Notes: a model not told the origin generated them from the letters alone. A DNA stretch of 64,000 nt from Candidatus Fermentibacteraceae bacterium (GCA_041750285.1 JBGSZS010000018.1:256001-320000); one strand, 5' to 3'. Numbered from the stretch's first letter, positions 51,753-60,383 are shown. Program-made: numbers and translations.

Positions 51753-52471
51753 CACGCCTCCTCCATCCGCAAATCCCCCCAGACGCCAAGGCACCCGCCT
51801 GCACAGACCACCAGGGCCTTGAGCCTTCGTCTGCAGGACTCGAGTGAGATCACCCTCTCCACATCGGTCTCCGACCTGAGAGTATTGGCAAGTGCCGTGG
51901 CTGCGGCATCGGCCATGGCCCCCGAGGGATGAACCGCGGTGACCGAGTCTGCGCTGCCGAAGGAGAAGGAGGGACCCATCCTGCCGCTGGAGGTGCACAC
52001 AGCCATCCCCCTGCTGCAGTCAACGCTGAACGCCAGGTTACCCCTGAAGGGAGAGTCCTCGCCGGGGTACACATAAAAGCGCAGCCTGCCCGGATGGACG
52101 GCCCACACGTCTCCCCCGTTCTCGACGATGACGGTGCGGGAGAACAGCCGGAGCTGTTCCCCCACACCCTGTGCCACTGCGCCGGCAACCGCCGCCATCG
52201 GTCCCGTACCGAAGGCTTCGGCAGCCGCCTCCATCTCCCGGGCAATACCACCTTCAGGTGATGTTACCACGGGAACCATTGTCTCCCCGAAAACCGGGAA
52301 TGCCCTCATGTGGGCCTCGATGTCACGCCTGCACCTGGCAAGGGCCTTCTCGGTGAAGCCTTTCATGGGCTTCGAGGCGTGGATCTCGAGGTCGCTCTCC
52401 CCGAGGACCGTTTTCCAGGCGTACAACTTTCCGCCTGCGGTCCAGCCGCGATAGAATCTTTGGGTGTACAA
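51752..52471 (-). CDS. UPF0280 family protein (ApbE-like, COG2122)
   Basis: 'ESDL', 'GPMAAVAGAVA', 'IVENGGD', 'CTSSG..GPSFSFG.AD', 'ADAAATA'. Confidence 0.92.
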   Translation of the reverse strand: MYTQRFYRGWTAGGKLYAWKTVLGESDLEIHASKPMKGFTEKALARCRRDIEAHMRAFPVFGETMVPVVTSPEGGIAREMEAAAEAFGTGPMAAVAGAVAQGVGEQLRLFSRTVIVENGGDVWAVHPGRLRFYVYPGEDSPFRGNLAFSVDCSRGMAVCTSSGRMGPSFSFGSADSVTAVHPSGAMADAAATALANTLRSETDVERVISLESCRRRLKALVVCAGGCLGVWGDLRMEEA

Positions 52472-52549
52472 CTTTTGTCTCCGCTGGTTAAGTCGTTTCC
52501 CTGTCTGCCTGCCACCTGGCCGTGAAGGCCCCCGAAGGAATGACCGCCG

Positions 52550-52648
52550 TCACCCCTTCAGGGGCCCGGGCATTGTCATGTGCACGCAGTGGGAATCCAG
52601 CGCAAAGGCAGGGAAGTGGCCGCAAAGCCCTTTGATCAGAAGCATCAT
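52550..52648 (-). CDS. Putative 32-aa leader peptide
   Basis: SD GGGAGG then ATG ATG; MMLLIKGLCGHFPAFALDSHCVHMTMPGPLKG; lies between the riboswitch terminator and the first gene. Confidence 0.45.
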   Translation of the reverse strand: MMLLIKGLCGHFPAFALDSHCVHMTMPGPLKG

Positions 52649-52661
52649 GCACACCTCCCTG

Positions 52662-52694
52662 AGAAAAGAAAAACCGCCCTATGCATCAGGCGGT
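52662..52694 (-). terminator. Riboswitch-controlled intrinsic terminator
   Basis: mRNA ACCGCC-UGAUGCAUAG-GGCGGU followed by a U-rich tract. Confidence 0.85.
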
Positions 52695-52698
52695 GAGT

Positions 52699-52795
52699 TG
52701 CAGGTATTTTTCGTTTTCACGCACATCGGCCTGAGCCTTGCCACCGTGGACCTGCAGTCTCGGTTGGCGACCCCCGAAGAGGTCTCCTGATGCAC
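52699..52795 (-). ncRNA. SAM-I/IV variant riboswitch
   Basis: P1 GCAUC/GAUGU, AGGAG, P2 GACCUC-UUCG-GGGGUC, P3 GCCAACC...GGUGGC, P4 GGC-UCAG-GCC, P5 CGU-GAAA-ACG, pseudoknot UGCAGGU/ACCUGCA. Confidence 0.88.
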
Positions 52796-52799
52796 GCCT

Positions 52800-52828
52800 A
52801 TTATTCCCCGTGATCCCGGCAACGTCAA
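52800..52828 (-). promoter_or_regulatory. Sigma70-type promoter for the SAM-I/IV leader
   Basis: TTGACG-N17-AATAAT directly upstream of P1. Confidence 0.6.
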
Positions 52829-52941
52829 CACCTCTTGCGCCCCGAAAGCGGATGTGCAATGATACATTCATCTCCGCTGGTTCTTCCGGGTTCCCGGAAG
52901 CGTTTCCGCATTTCACCCAGAATCTCTGAAAGGCTTTGTCC

Positions 52942-53817
52942 ATGCGAATTGCGGAAATCTATGGCGGAGGCGGTCCGGTATTGTCACTCGAGGTCTTTCC
53001 TCCCAGACCGGGCTACCCCATCGATTCGGTTTTCAAGACATTGAACGGCCTGGCGGACCTGTCCCCGGGCTTCATCAGCGTCACGTACAACCCACAGGGC
53101 GACAACGGCAGCCGCACCGAAGAGATCGCCTTCCGTATCAGGAGGGACTACGGGCTGGAATCGCTTGCCCACCTTACCTGCCTGTCCCATGGAAGGACCG
53201 AAATAGGGGATATCCTAGACAGATTGAACGGTGGCGGTGTGGAGAACGTCCTGGCACTAAGGGGCGACCCTCAAAAGAATGCACCAGGAACCGGGACTGA
53301 CTTCAGATATGCGTTCCAGCTCATCCGGGAGGTGAAAAAAAGGGGATGCTTCTCCGTGGGAGCGGCGGCGTACCCCGAGGGACACACGGAATCGCCCAGC
53401 ATCCACGGAGACATCGACAGGGTGAAGCAGAAGGTGGATGCGGGAGCCGATTTCCTCATAACACAGATGTTCTTCGACAACAGGGTATTCTTCGACTTCC
53501 TGCACAGGGCGCGCTGGCGGGGGATAGACGTTCCCGTGATACCGGGCATAATGCCCGTTCTCAACTTCCGGCAGATCAAGCGTATCATATACATGTGCGG
53601 GGTGTCGATCCCCGCCAGGCTTCTGAGGATATTCGAGAGGCACGGCGGTAACAGCGGAGACCTTCAGAAGGCGGGAATGGAGTACGCGGTGGAGCAGATC
53701 GCCAACCTTCTATCCCACGGAGTCCCGGGGGTTCACCTCTACACGATGAACCGGGTTGATGAGACACGAAGGATAGTCGCCGACTGCGGTATCGAGTCGA
53801 TGGAGTCAACCGCATGA
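52942..53817 (+). CDS. metF: 5,10-methylenetetrahydrofolate reductase
   Basis: 'SLEVFPP', 'FISVTY', 'AHLTC', 'LALRGD', 'YPEGH', 'ITQMFFD', 'HLYTMN'. Confidence 0.96.
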   Translation: MRIAEIYGGGGPVLSLEVFPPRPGYPIDSVFKTLNGLADLSPGFISVTYNPQGDNGSRTEEIAFRIRRDYGLESLAHLTCLSHGRTEIGDILDRLNGGGVENVLALRGDPQKNAPGTGTDFRYAFQLIREVKKRGCFSVGAAAYPEGHTESPSIHGDIDRVKQKVDAGADFLITQMFFDNRVFFDFLHRARWRGIDVPVIPGIMPVLNFRQIKRIIYMCGVSIPARLLRIFERHGGNSGDLQKAGMEYAVEQIANLLSHGVPGVHLYTMNRVDETRRIVADCGIESMESTA

Positions 53818-54386
53818 TGGTGCGGGTCCTTCAGCCGCCGGGCCCTCTTCCGGATGTGGACAGGGTGCTCTGGCGTTCCGGAACCCCTCCTTCCAAAGCG
53901 GGGCGCGACCTCGAAACAAGGGCGCAGGAAGCCGTTTCAGATCTCGCGGGTTTTATGAGGCCGCGCGTCGGGATACTCACGGGCAGACGGCTTCCGGCAT
54001 CAATTGAAGGCTGCTTCGCGCATCACCTGGGCGGGACTGGGGATGTCACAGTGCTGCTGGCAACCCTGGGGCAGGGGGTTGATGATCATATTGACCTTCT
54101 CCTGAGCCGGAAGGAAACGCTCAAGGCACACATGTTCAACTCCGCCGCAAGCGAATCGGTCGAGCTCCTGGCAGCCTGGGCACAAATGCAGGAGGCATTG
54201 GCGCACCCTGGCATGGATCCCACGAAAAGGCTCGCACCGGGGTACAACGGAGTGCCTCTCGAGGTGCAGCCCTTGGTGGTGGGGCTTTTCCCGGGGCTTG
54301 GCGTCACCTGCACCGAGAGCTGCTACCTGGTTCCATCGAAAACATTGACGGGAGTATGGGGATGGGTGCTGCGAAAAGGCTTCTAG
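53814..54386 (+). CDS. Stand-alone B12-dependent methionine synthase activation (AdoMet-binding) domain
   Basis: 'ATLGQGVD', 'RLAPGY', 'LGVTCTESCYLVPSKT'; located between metF and metH. Confidence 0.8.
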   Translation: MMVRVLQPPGPLPDVDRVLWRSGTPPSKAGRDLETRAQEAVSDLAGFMRPRVGILTGRRLPASIEGCFAHHLGGTGDVTVLLATLGQGVDDHIDLLLSRKETLKAHMFNSAASESVELLAAWAQMQEALAHPGMDPTKRLAPGYNGVPLEVQPLVVGLFPGLGVTCTESCYLVPSKTLTGVWGWVLRKGF

Positions 54387-56692
54387 AATTACTTTCGTGG
54401 AGAGTCGTTTACCTCGACGGAGCAATGGGCACCATGCTCATGAACAAAGGAATGCCCCCGGGCGCGTGTCCCGAAAGATGGGCCGCCGATAACCTGAAAA
54501 CGCTCGCGGACATTCACGAAAGCTATGTCCTGGCGGGAAGCGACGTGGTCCTTTCCTGCACTTTCGGGGGAACACGGTCAAGGCTGGGAGAGGCTCCGGA
54601 AAGGCTGAACTCCGTTCTTGCGGAGTGCCTGCTGGAGGCTCTGGAAGGCAGGGCGATCCCGGCGGCGAGCATTGGACCAACCGGCATCATGATGCATCCT
54701 TTGGGCGGATTGAGATGGGCGGATGCCTACAACGAGTTTCACGCACAGGGAAAAGCGCTTGTCGATGCCGGCATCGAGGTGTTCTTCCTGGAAACGTTCT
54801 CGGACCCGAGGGAGCTTAAGGCCGCTGTACTCGCCGTGAGGGACGCCTGTCCCCACGGTTTCATAAGCGCCCAGATGAGCTTCGGGGAGGACGGTTTCAG
54901 CATGACCGGAACCTCCGCGGAAGCCCTTGCGGCGTTCACGGAACAGCTCCCGGCCGACGCGGTTGGCGCCAACTGCTCGGTGGGTCCCGATTCACTGGTC
55001 TCGGTTGTCAGGGCCATCAGAGCCAACACCTCAAAGCCTGTCTCGATTGAACCGAACGCAGGAATGCCCGACAGCTCGGGGAGGCACGGCATGTCCCCCG
55101 GGGCGTTCGCGTCGCGGTGCGAAGACCTGGTGTGGAGCGGGGCTTCAATGATAGGCGGTTGCTGCGGGACCGGACCCGAACACGTACGCGCGATGCGTGC
55201 GATTGTGGGGGACAGGGAAAGCGGGAAAGCCCCGGACCCTCTTCCCCGCCTTCTGACATCGATGACCGCCGTCGTACCCCTTGGCGGGGAACTTGTGATC
55301 GTTGGTGAAGGAATCAACCCAACGGGCAGGAAAGGGCTGAAGAAAGCGATCCGCGAGGGTGAGACCGGGTTCGTCCTCTCCGCTGCCGCAGCTCAACCCG
55401 CAGCCCGGGTGCTCGACATCAATCTGGGACTGGAGCGGATGATCCCCGATGGGTTCGTTGCCGATCTTTTCGCCGGGCTGTGCACGGGACCGCCGATATC
55501 GGTGGACCTTTCCGATCCCTGGAACATCGAACTCGCCTTCAGGGAACTCGGGGGGGTGGGCATGCTGAACTCGCTGACCTGCGATCCCGATTTCATTGGG
55601 CAAAGGGTCGGAAGTCTGCTTCGCCACGGTGGCTACGCCGTTCTTCTGCCCATGGGGCCCGATGGCATTCCTGAATCACCCGGCGGCCGTGTAGCCATGA
55701 TCGAAAAGGGTATGGCGGTCCTTTCCGAACACGGCTTTCCCGCCTGGAGGGTGATCGCGGACCCGGTCGTGCAGTCCCTGGCTTCGGGAGCCGATCCCGC
55801 ACTGACGCTTGGAACCCTTGCGCTGATGAAGAAAAAACAATGGCTGACCATCGCCGGCGTGTCGAACGTATCCCACGGGCTGCCCGGAAGACGTGCGGTT
55901 AACATGGCCTTCCTTTCCCGCCTGGCGGAGGGTGGGCTGGACCTTGCGATCGCGGACGCCACAAGGCCCGAGACTCTGCTTGCCGCAAGGGGCGGGCAGG
56001 TCCTCGGAGGAAGGGTGCCTGCAGTCGGGGACATCGAACTGACGGAAGATTCCCCCACGCAGGCCGGGTCACTCGAGGAAGCCATCATCCGGGGAGATGT
56101 CAGGGAAACCATCGGACAGGCTGAAAGCCTTCTGGCTGGTGGGGAAAAACCCTCGGTCCTGGTCGAAGGACACCTCCGGAATGCCATGACTAGGCTCGGA
56201 AGGCTTTACGAGCAGAAAAAGGCGTTCCTGCCCCATCTCATAGCCGGAGCAGAAGCCGCCCGGGTGCTTACCGGGATAATCGGTCCACTTCTGAGAACAG
56301 GCCGGGATAGATCCCGCGGCACGGTGGTGCTGGCAACCGTGCAGGGCGACATTCACGACATCGGCAAGAACCTCGTGGCCCTGTTCCTCGAGGGGGCAGG
56401 ATACGATGTCATTGACCTTGGAAGGGACGTTCCGGCAGCGCGTATCGTCGCAGCCGCAAGGGAACCAGGAATCGTCGCCGTTGCTCTGTCAGCCCTGATG
56501 AGCAGTACGGCTTCGCGGATGGAGGAGGTCGTCGGGCTCATGCGTGAATGCGGGCTGATAACCCCGGTCATAATCGGCGGTGCAGTGGTTACCGGCGAGT
56601 TCGCCGCCGGAATGGGGGCCCTGTACGCACGGGAGGCCTTCGGAGTCGTAAGGGTCCTGGAAGATGCGGCGCTGCCGGGGAATAACTCCTGA
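54356..56692 (+). CDS. metH: Cobalamin-dependent methionine synthase (Hcy, pterin and B12 domains; no activation domain)
   Basis: 'LDGAMGT', 'GANCS', 'GGCCGT', 'GE.INPTG', 'DIHDIGKN'. Confidence 0.93.
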   Translation: MGMGAAKRLLELLSWRVVYLDGAMGTMLMNKGMPPGACPERWAADNLKTLADIHESYVLAGSDVVLSCTFGGTRSRLGEAPERLNSVLAECLLEALEGRAIPAASIGPTGIMMHPLGGLRWADAYNEFHAQGKALVDAGIEVFFLETFSDPRELKAAVLAVRDACPHGFISAQMSFGEDGFSMTGTSAEALAAFTEQLPADAVGANCSVGPDSLVSVVRAIRANTSKPVSIEPNAGMPDSSGRHGMSPGAFASRCEDLVWSGASMIGGCCGTGPEHVRAMRAIVGDRESGKAPDPLPRLLTSMTAVVPLGGELVIVGEGINPTGRKGLKKAIREGETGFVLSAAAAQPAARVLDINLGLERMIPDGFVADLFAGLCTGPPISVDLSDPWNIELAFRELGGVGMLNSLTCDPDFIGQRVGSLLRHGGYAVLLPMGPDGIPESPGGRVAMIEKGMAVLSEHGFPAWRVIADPVVQSLASGADPALTLGTLALMKKKQWLTIAGVSNVSHGLPGRRAVNMAFLSRLAEGGLDLAIADATRPETLLAARGGQVLGGRVPAVGDIELTEDSPTQAGSLEEAIIRGDVRETIGQAESLLAGGEKPSVLVEGHLRNAMTRLGRLYEQKKAFLPHLIAGAEAARVLTGIIGPLLRTGRDRSRGTVVLATVQGDIHDIGKNLVALFLEGAGYDVIDLGRDVPAARIVAAAREPGIVAVALSALMSSTASRMEEVVGLMRECGLITPVIIGGAVVTGEFAAGMGALYAREAFGVVRVLEDAALPGNNS

Positions 56693-56745
56693 CACAGTGG
56701 TGTTTCACCTGAGTGGTGTTGATCGCAACTGGAGACGGAGGTCTC

Positions 56746-57159
56746 ATGAAGGCAATGTTGTTCCTGATCGCGGCATCCTCACTCCGGGCCGGCACGCCGC
56801 TGTCCATACCCGAGATAATCGCCCTTGAGGGTGAGTTCGCCTTCACCGACGGATCATCGGTCTACACATTCTCGGAAGACGGAACTTTCCTGATGGAGCC
56901 CCTCTCCCTGAGCGGCAGGGCGATCGAAGGACGATGGACCTTCGAGAGCCAGGGGCTTTTCCTGATCACGGGGGTGTGGACGTGGTACAATGGCATCTCG
57001 GTTCCCGATGACTTCAGAAGGATGACCATGGCAGTCACCCTGATACCCGGTGAGCCCGCCACCGTGCAGACGATATGGAGTGGTTCCTCCGCAAGGCTCT
57101 ACCAGGTGTACTTCACGATCGATGAAGTCGCAGGGATCGATTCCCTGCCCGCACGGTGA
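56746..57159 (+). CDS. Secreted hypothetical protein (beta-rich)
   Basis: GGAGG SD, signal peptide 'MKAMLFLIAASSLRA'. Confidence 0.7.
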   Translation: MKAMLFLIAASSLRAGTPLSIPEIIALEGEFAFTDGSSVYTFSEDGTFLMEPLSLSGRAIEGRWTFESQGLFLITGVWTWYNGISVPDDFRRMTMAVTLIPGEPATVQTIWSGSSARLYQVYFTIDEVAGIDSLPAR

Positions 57160-57172
57160 GTGGAAGCCGGCC

Positions 57173-57508
57173 TCACGGAAGCGTGTCGTCCGGCTCCCAG
57201 AGACACTGTGCCAGGTCGACTTTGCCCCGGATGGTGAAAGGCGTTCCCTCGCTTCGAAGCATCGATTCCTGCAGAAGGTGCTCATCGGCATCCTCGAACG
57301 AACTCCTCGTCGGGATGCGGCCGTCCGCCCCCACCACGCGGTGCCACGGTATCGACACTCCCGGCGGCGTGCTTCGCAGTGCATAGACCACCATGCGGGC
57401 GGCTCCGGGCCGCCCGAGGAACCGCGCTATCCCTCCGTAGGTCATGACCCTGCCCCGGGGTATCGAAAGCACAACCGAATGGACGAGCCTGAAGAAGTCC
57501 CCCGGCAT
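57173..57508 (-). CDS. atl: Alkyltransferase-like protein (MGMT family, Trp in place of the catalytic Cys)
   Basis: 'IPRGRVMTYGGIA', 'ARMV', 'PWHRVV'. Confidence 0.88.
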   Translation of the reverse strand: MPGDFFRLVHSVVLSIPRGRVMTYGGIARFLGRPGAARMVVYALRSTPPGVSIPWHRVVGADGRIPTRSSFEDADEHLLQESMLRSEGTPFTIRGKVDLAQCLWEPDDTLP

Positions 57509-57852
57509 CACAGGTTCCTCAGAACCCAGAACGCGGTGATCACAAGAGCGAACCCCGCCCCCCAGAGGGGCGACCGGCGCAGGTGCCCCTTCAGAAGGAT
57601 GGCGAAAGGAGCCAGGATCGCCAGGGTTGTCGACAAAGGATTGTGGCGGAATGCGTCGGACACCCTCAGGTTCAGGAGGTCGTGCATGGCCCTGAGGCTT
57701 CCGCATCCCGGGCAGAGAAGCCCCGTGACGGCGTGGAAGGGACAGAACAGAGGCACATTCCAGCCCCCGGGGTCGTGCCCGGCCAGGAACACCGCACCGG
57801 CTGCAACAATGATCCCTCCCGCGGCTAGAAGAGCTTTCTCAGGCTTCCGCAC
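57508..57852 (-). CDS. DUF2752 family membrane protein
   Basis: 'CPFHAVTGLLCPGCGSLRA', 'HNPL', terminal 'VLRNL'. Confidence 0.85.
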   Translation of the reverse strand: MRKPEKALLAAGGIIVAAGAVFLAGHDPGGWNVPLFCPFHAVTGLLCPGCGSLRAMHDLLNLRVSDAFRHNPLSTTLAILAPFAILLKGHLRRSPLWGAGFALVITAFWVLRNL

Positions 57853-58259
57853 ATGAGCCCGTATGACAGGTATGTCAGCATGGTGATGACGAATCCCCAG
57901 ATGAGAAGGGCTTTGGTCCGTTCCGAAGCTGCCCTTGCCTTCCCATACTCGCCCGACTTCAGCAGCGCGTCGACCTGGGTCGCGCTTATCACGGCGGCTA
58001 TGCCGAAGGGCAGACAGCAGAAAGCCGTCATCAGAACCGACAGCACGATGTGGCTGGGTACCTTCGGGGGAGCTTCCCGGTGGACGGGAGCAGCTTTGGG
58101 ACGGCAATACGTGCAGGTCCCGTCCGGATTGAGAGGCGCCCCGCAATCCCGGCACTTGCCGCCATTTACCCTCTGAATGGCCGGTCTGCCGCACTTCGGG
58201 CAGACGCTGGCACTCGTGGAAACCATGTTCCCGCAATCGGGGCAGGTGACGAGCGGCAA
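57825..58259 (-). CDS. Zinc-ribbon CD225/dispanin family protein
   Basis: Four CxxC motifs; 'FCCLPFGIAAVI.A.QV....SGEY..A..AS...K'. Confidence 0.85.
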   Translation of the reverse strand: MPLVTCPDCGNMVSTSASVCPKCGRPAIQRVNGGKCRDCGAPLNPDGTCTYCRPKAAPVHREAPPKVPSHIVLSVLMTAFCCLPFGIAAVISATQVDALLKSGEYGKARAASERTKALLIWGFVITMLTYLSYGLMCGSLRKLF

Positions 58260-58347
58260 TCAAACCCTCCTGTCTGCGTTCGTGGGATTATCTGGAATGG
58301 ACGGCACGGCAGCAAGCCAGGGACCAGGGGCCCGCCCCGGTTATCGG

Positions 58348-58377
58348 AAAACCCCCCGGGCAGATTGCCCGGGGGGT
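58348..58377 (-). terminator. Intrinsic terminator
   Basis: ACCCCCCGGGCA-GAT-TGCCCGGGGGGT with a U-tract on the minus strand. Confidence 0.75.
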
Positions 58378-58399
58378 GAAAAGACAGGGAACGCAGGCG

Positions 58400-59254
58400 C
58401 TAGAAGGATGCCTTGATACCCGCCCAGGTGTCCCGGGTGAGCGCCACATCGAAGTCGACCTCGAACTCGGTGATTGAGAATACGCTGCCGGTCTTCGAGA
58501 CCCAGAAGAACGTGTCGCGGTCGGCGCTGTAGCAGACATCGTACGAGGAGGTCACCGAAGCGGGCTCGGGGGCGCTGCCGATGTAGCTTAGGCCGGCTCC
58601 GTCATACTCGTAGAAGTAGAAGTTGCCGTAGGTGTAACCGCCCACGAGAATGCCCACGTTGCCTTCGTAGGGGAACACCGCGCAGGCGCAGGAATAGGAT
58701 GCCGGGAGCTCGGGGAGGCTCCAGGAGCTTACGCCTCCGCCCGACGTGTTGAAGCGGTAAAGGTATCTCGAGGTGGCTTCGGAACACCAGATCATCCCGT
58801 CATCGTCCATGTCCATCCCGCGGGGCTCGCCGGACACGGGGTTGGTGAAGGTGCTCCAGGTCTGGGAATTCACGTCGAACTTGTAGATGGGGGTGACCGC
58901 ATTCCAGTTGTTAACGTAGATGAAGTTGCCACCGGGAGTCTGCTGGTAGACTATCCCCAGAATGTCGGGCAGACCCGTCGGGCTTGGCAGGGTGCTCGCG
59001 ATGCTTCCGTTGTCGGGGTCGAGGTTGTAGATGAGGTCGGATGTGTAGTCGGTTACGAGAAGCGCGTCAAAGGTGTCTGCGAAATCGCATCCCCTTGGGT
59101 TGCCGCCCAGAGTGACCGTGTAGGTGTTCACCTGTGTGATGGTGATGTCGGCCCTGCCTGGATAAGGGTCTCCCGGAGCAACTGACGGACCGGCGTCGGG
59201 GTCGGCGGCGTAAAGGAATCCGAAGCAGAGAAGCAGAAGGCACATTGTTCTCAT
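58400..59254 (-). CDS. Secreted beta-propeller-like protein with C-terminal 'TWAGIKASF' motif
   Basis: GGAGG SD, signal peptide, repeats such as 'PRGCDF' and 'PRGMDMDDDGMIW'; tail VALTRDTWAGIKASF. Confidence 0.75.
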   Translation of the reverse strand: MRTMCLLLLCFGFLYAADPDAGPSVAPGDPYPGRADITITQVNTYTVTLGGNPRGCDFADTFDALLVTDYTSDLIYNLDPDNGSIASTLPSPTGLPDILGIVYQQTPGGNFIYVNNWNAVTPIYKFDVNSQTWSTFTNPVSGEPRGMDMDDDGMIWCSEATSRYLYRFNTSGGGVSSWSLPELPASYSCACAVFPYEGNVGILVGGYTYGNFYFYEYDGAGLSYIGSAPEPASVTSSYDVCYSADRDTFFWVSKTGSVFSITEFEVDFDVALTRDTWAGIKASF

Positions 59255-59319
59255 GTTTCCCCTCCACGTTTCTTCAAGGCTCTCCTGTTCTGGATGCCTT
59301 CCTGATGGAAGCATCGTCG

Positions 59320-59348
59320 ATAATTGTCCGGATATGCCGTCATGTCAA
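59320..59348 (-). promoter_or_regulatory. Sigma70-type promoter
   Basis: TTGACA-N17-AATTAT. Confidence 0.5.
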
Positions 59349-59392
59349 TGGAGAGATGCCGACTCGAGCCAACACGATAAAGAAGAAGACGC

Positions 59393-59424
59393 AAAAAGGG
59401 GCGGGAGCCTTGAGACTCCCGCCC
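59393..59424 (-). terminator. Intrinsic terminator
   Basis: GGGCGGGAG...CTCCCGCCC with U5 on the minus strand. Confidence 0.7.
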
Positions 59425-59444
59425 GAGGGTATTTTTCCGTTCCT

Positions 59445-59738
59445 CTACTTCGGAATGGTCAGGCTGTTCTGGACGTCGACGTTTTCAAGCATGCCTTTGA
59501 CGGCTTCCAGCACCCCGCCGATGACCGTCACTCCAAGGACGGCGCCGACAATGGAAACCAGCAGGCCTATGGCCACGAATATCAGCATGGCCCGGCTCCA
59601 GTTCTGGAGGTTCATGTTCGTGCTGTTGCTCAGGGCGAACACAAGAAGAAGGATGATGTTCAGAAGGGGTACGAACATCGCAAGCTGCACCAGGAAGAAC
59701 CCCCCGGTGGAAAACGGCTTTGAACGGTCTTCGGTCAT
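59445..59738 (-). CDS. Small membrane protein
   Basis: GGAGG SD; 'STGGFF....FVPLLNIILLLVFA....N.NL.NW.RA'. Confidence 0.75.
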   Translation of the reverse strand: MTEDRSKPFSTGGFFLVQLAMFVPLLNIILLLVFALSNSTNMNLQNWSRAMLIFVAIGLLVSIVGAVLGVTVIGGVLEAVKGMLENVDVQNSLTIPK

Positions 59739-59924
59739 GGATTGCCTCCAGCTGTTAGTTTTACGGGTCCGCAGCGGTTGGACAATAGGGAGAAAAGGTG
59801 CTGCCTGCAATCCCGCCGGGTCTTCTGCCCGTGTCCCGTGAGACAGCCCGGTATGGCAGTCCCGCCGGCAACCACTCACGTCGCTGGGTTCCCGGCCGGA
59901 AGCACGGCGTGCTTTCCGCAGCGA

Positions 59925-60383
59925 TCAGATCCCGGAACCGGGGGTCGAGATGAAAACGGGGGTCACCAAGGCCCTTTCGATGACAGCCATGCACGAAGGG
60001 TAGACAAACCCTCCCAGTGTGGAGTACCCGCAATCCTCAGGGCCGCTGGCACTGTAGTGCACATACAGCACGTCCTCGAGCACGAACAGGGAATCGATGC
60101 ATATGGACCGGTTGTTTCCGGCCCCGACGTCGGCCGTTTTCCCAAGCCCGACAATCACGAGCATCCGGGTTTCGAAGTCGACGAACGCAGGAAGGACTGG
60201 TGGGTACTCGAGCATTCCGATCCCGGATGGAATGGTTAGGTGTTCGAAAAGACCGGCCCATTCGGCATGGCTTCCAACGACTGCCTGAACGGGCTCTTCG
60301 ACCTGAAAAGCTGTCCCGAGTATCGTGAACGGTACTTCGACACCCTTGAAGGACATGAGAATCAGCATCGGAAAAACACTCAT
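59925..60383 (-). CDS. Hypothetical protein with PrcB C-terminal-like segment
   Basis: GGAGGG SD; 'VDFETRMLVIVGLG...SICIDSL'. Confidence 0.55.
   Translation of the reverse strand: MSVFPMLILMSFKGVEVPFTILGTAFQVEEPVQAVVGSHAEWAGLFEHLTIPSGIGMLEYPPVLPAFVDFETRMLVIVGLGKTADVGAGNNRSICIDSLFVLEDVLYVHYSASGPEDCGYSTLGGFVYPSCMAVIERALVTPVFISTPGSGI

Noticed and set aside
52550..52552. Selenocysteine recoding of the leader UGA
   Set aside because: The UGA is inside the stem rather than 5' of a SECIS-like hairpin, and the downstream gene has its own SD and TTG start.
59765..59893. 6S RNA or cobalamin riboswitch in this intergenic region
   Set aside because: Pairings are weak, the B12-box motifs are incomplete, the region is short for 6S, and a plausible promoter lies inside it.
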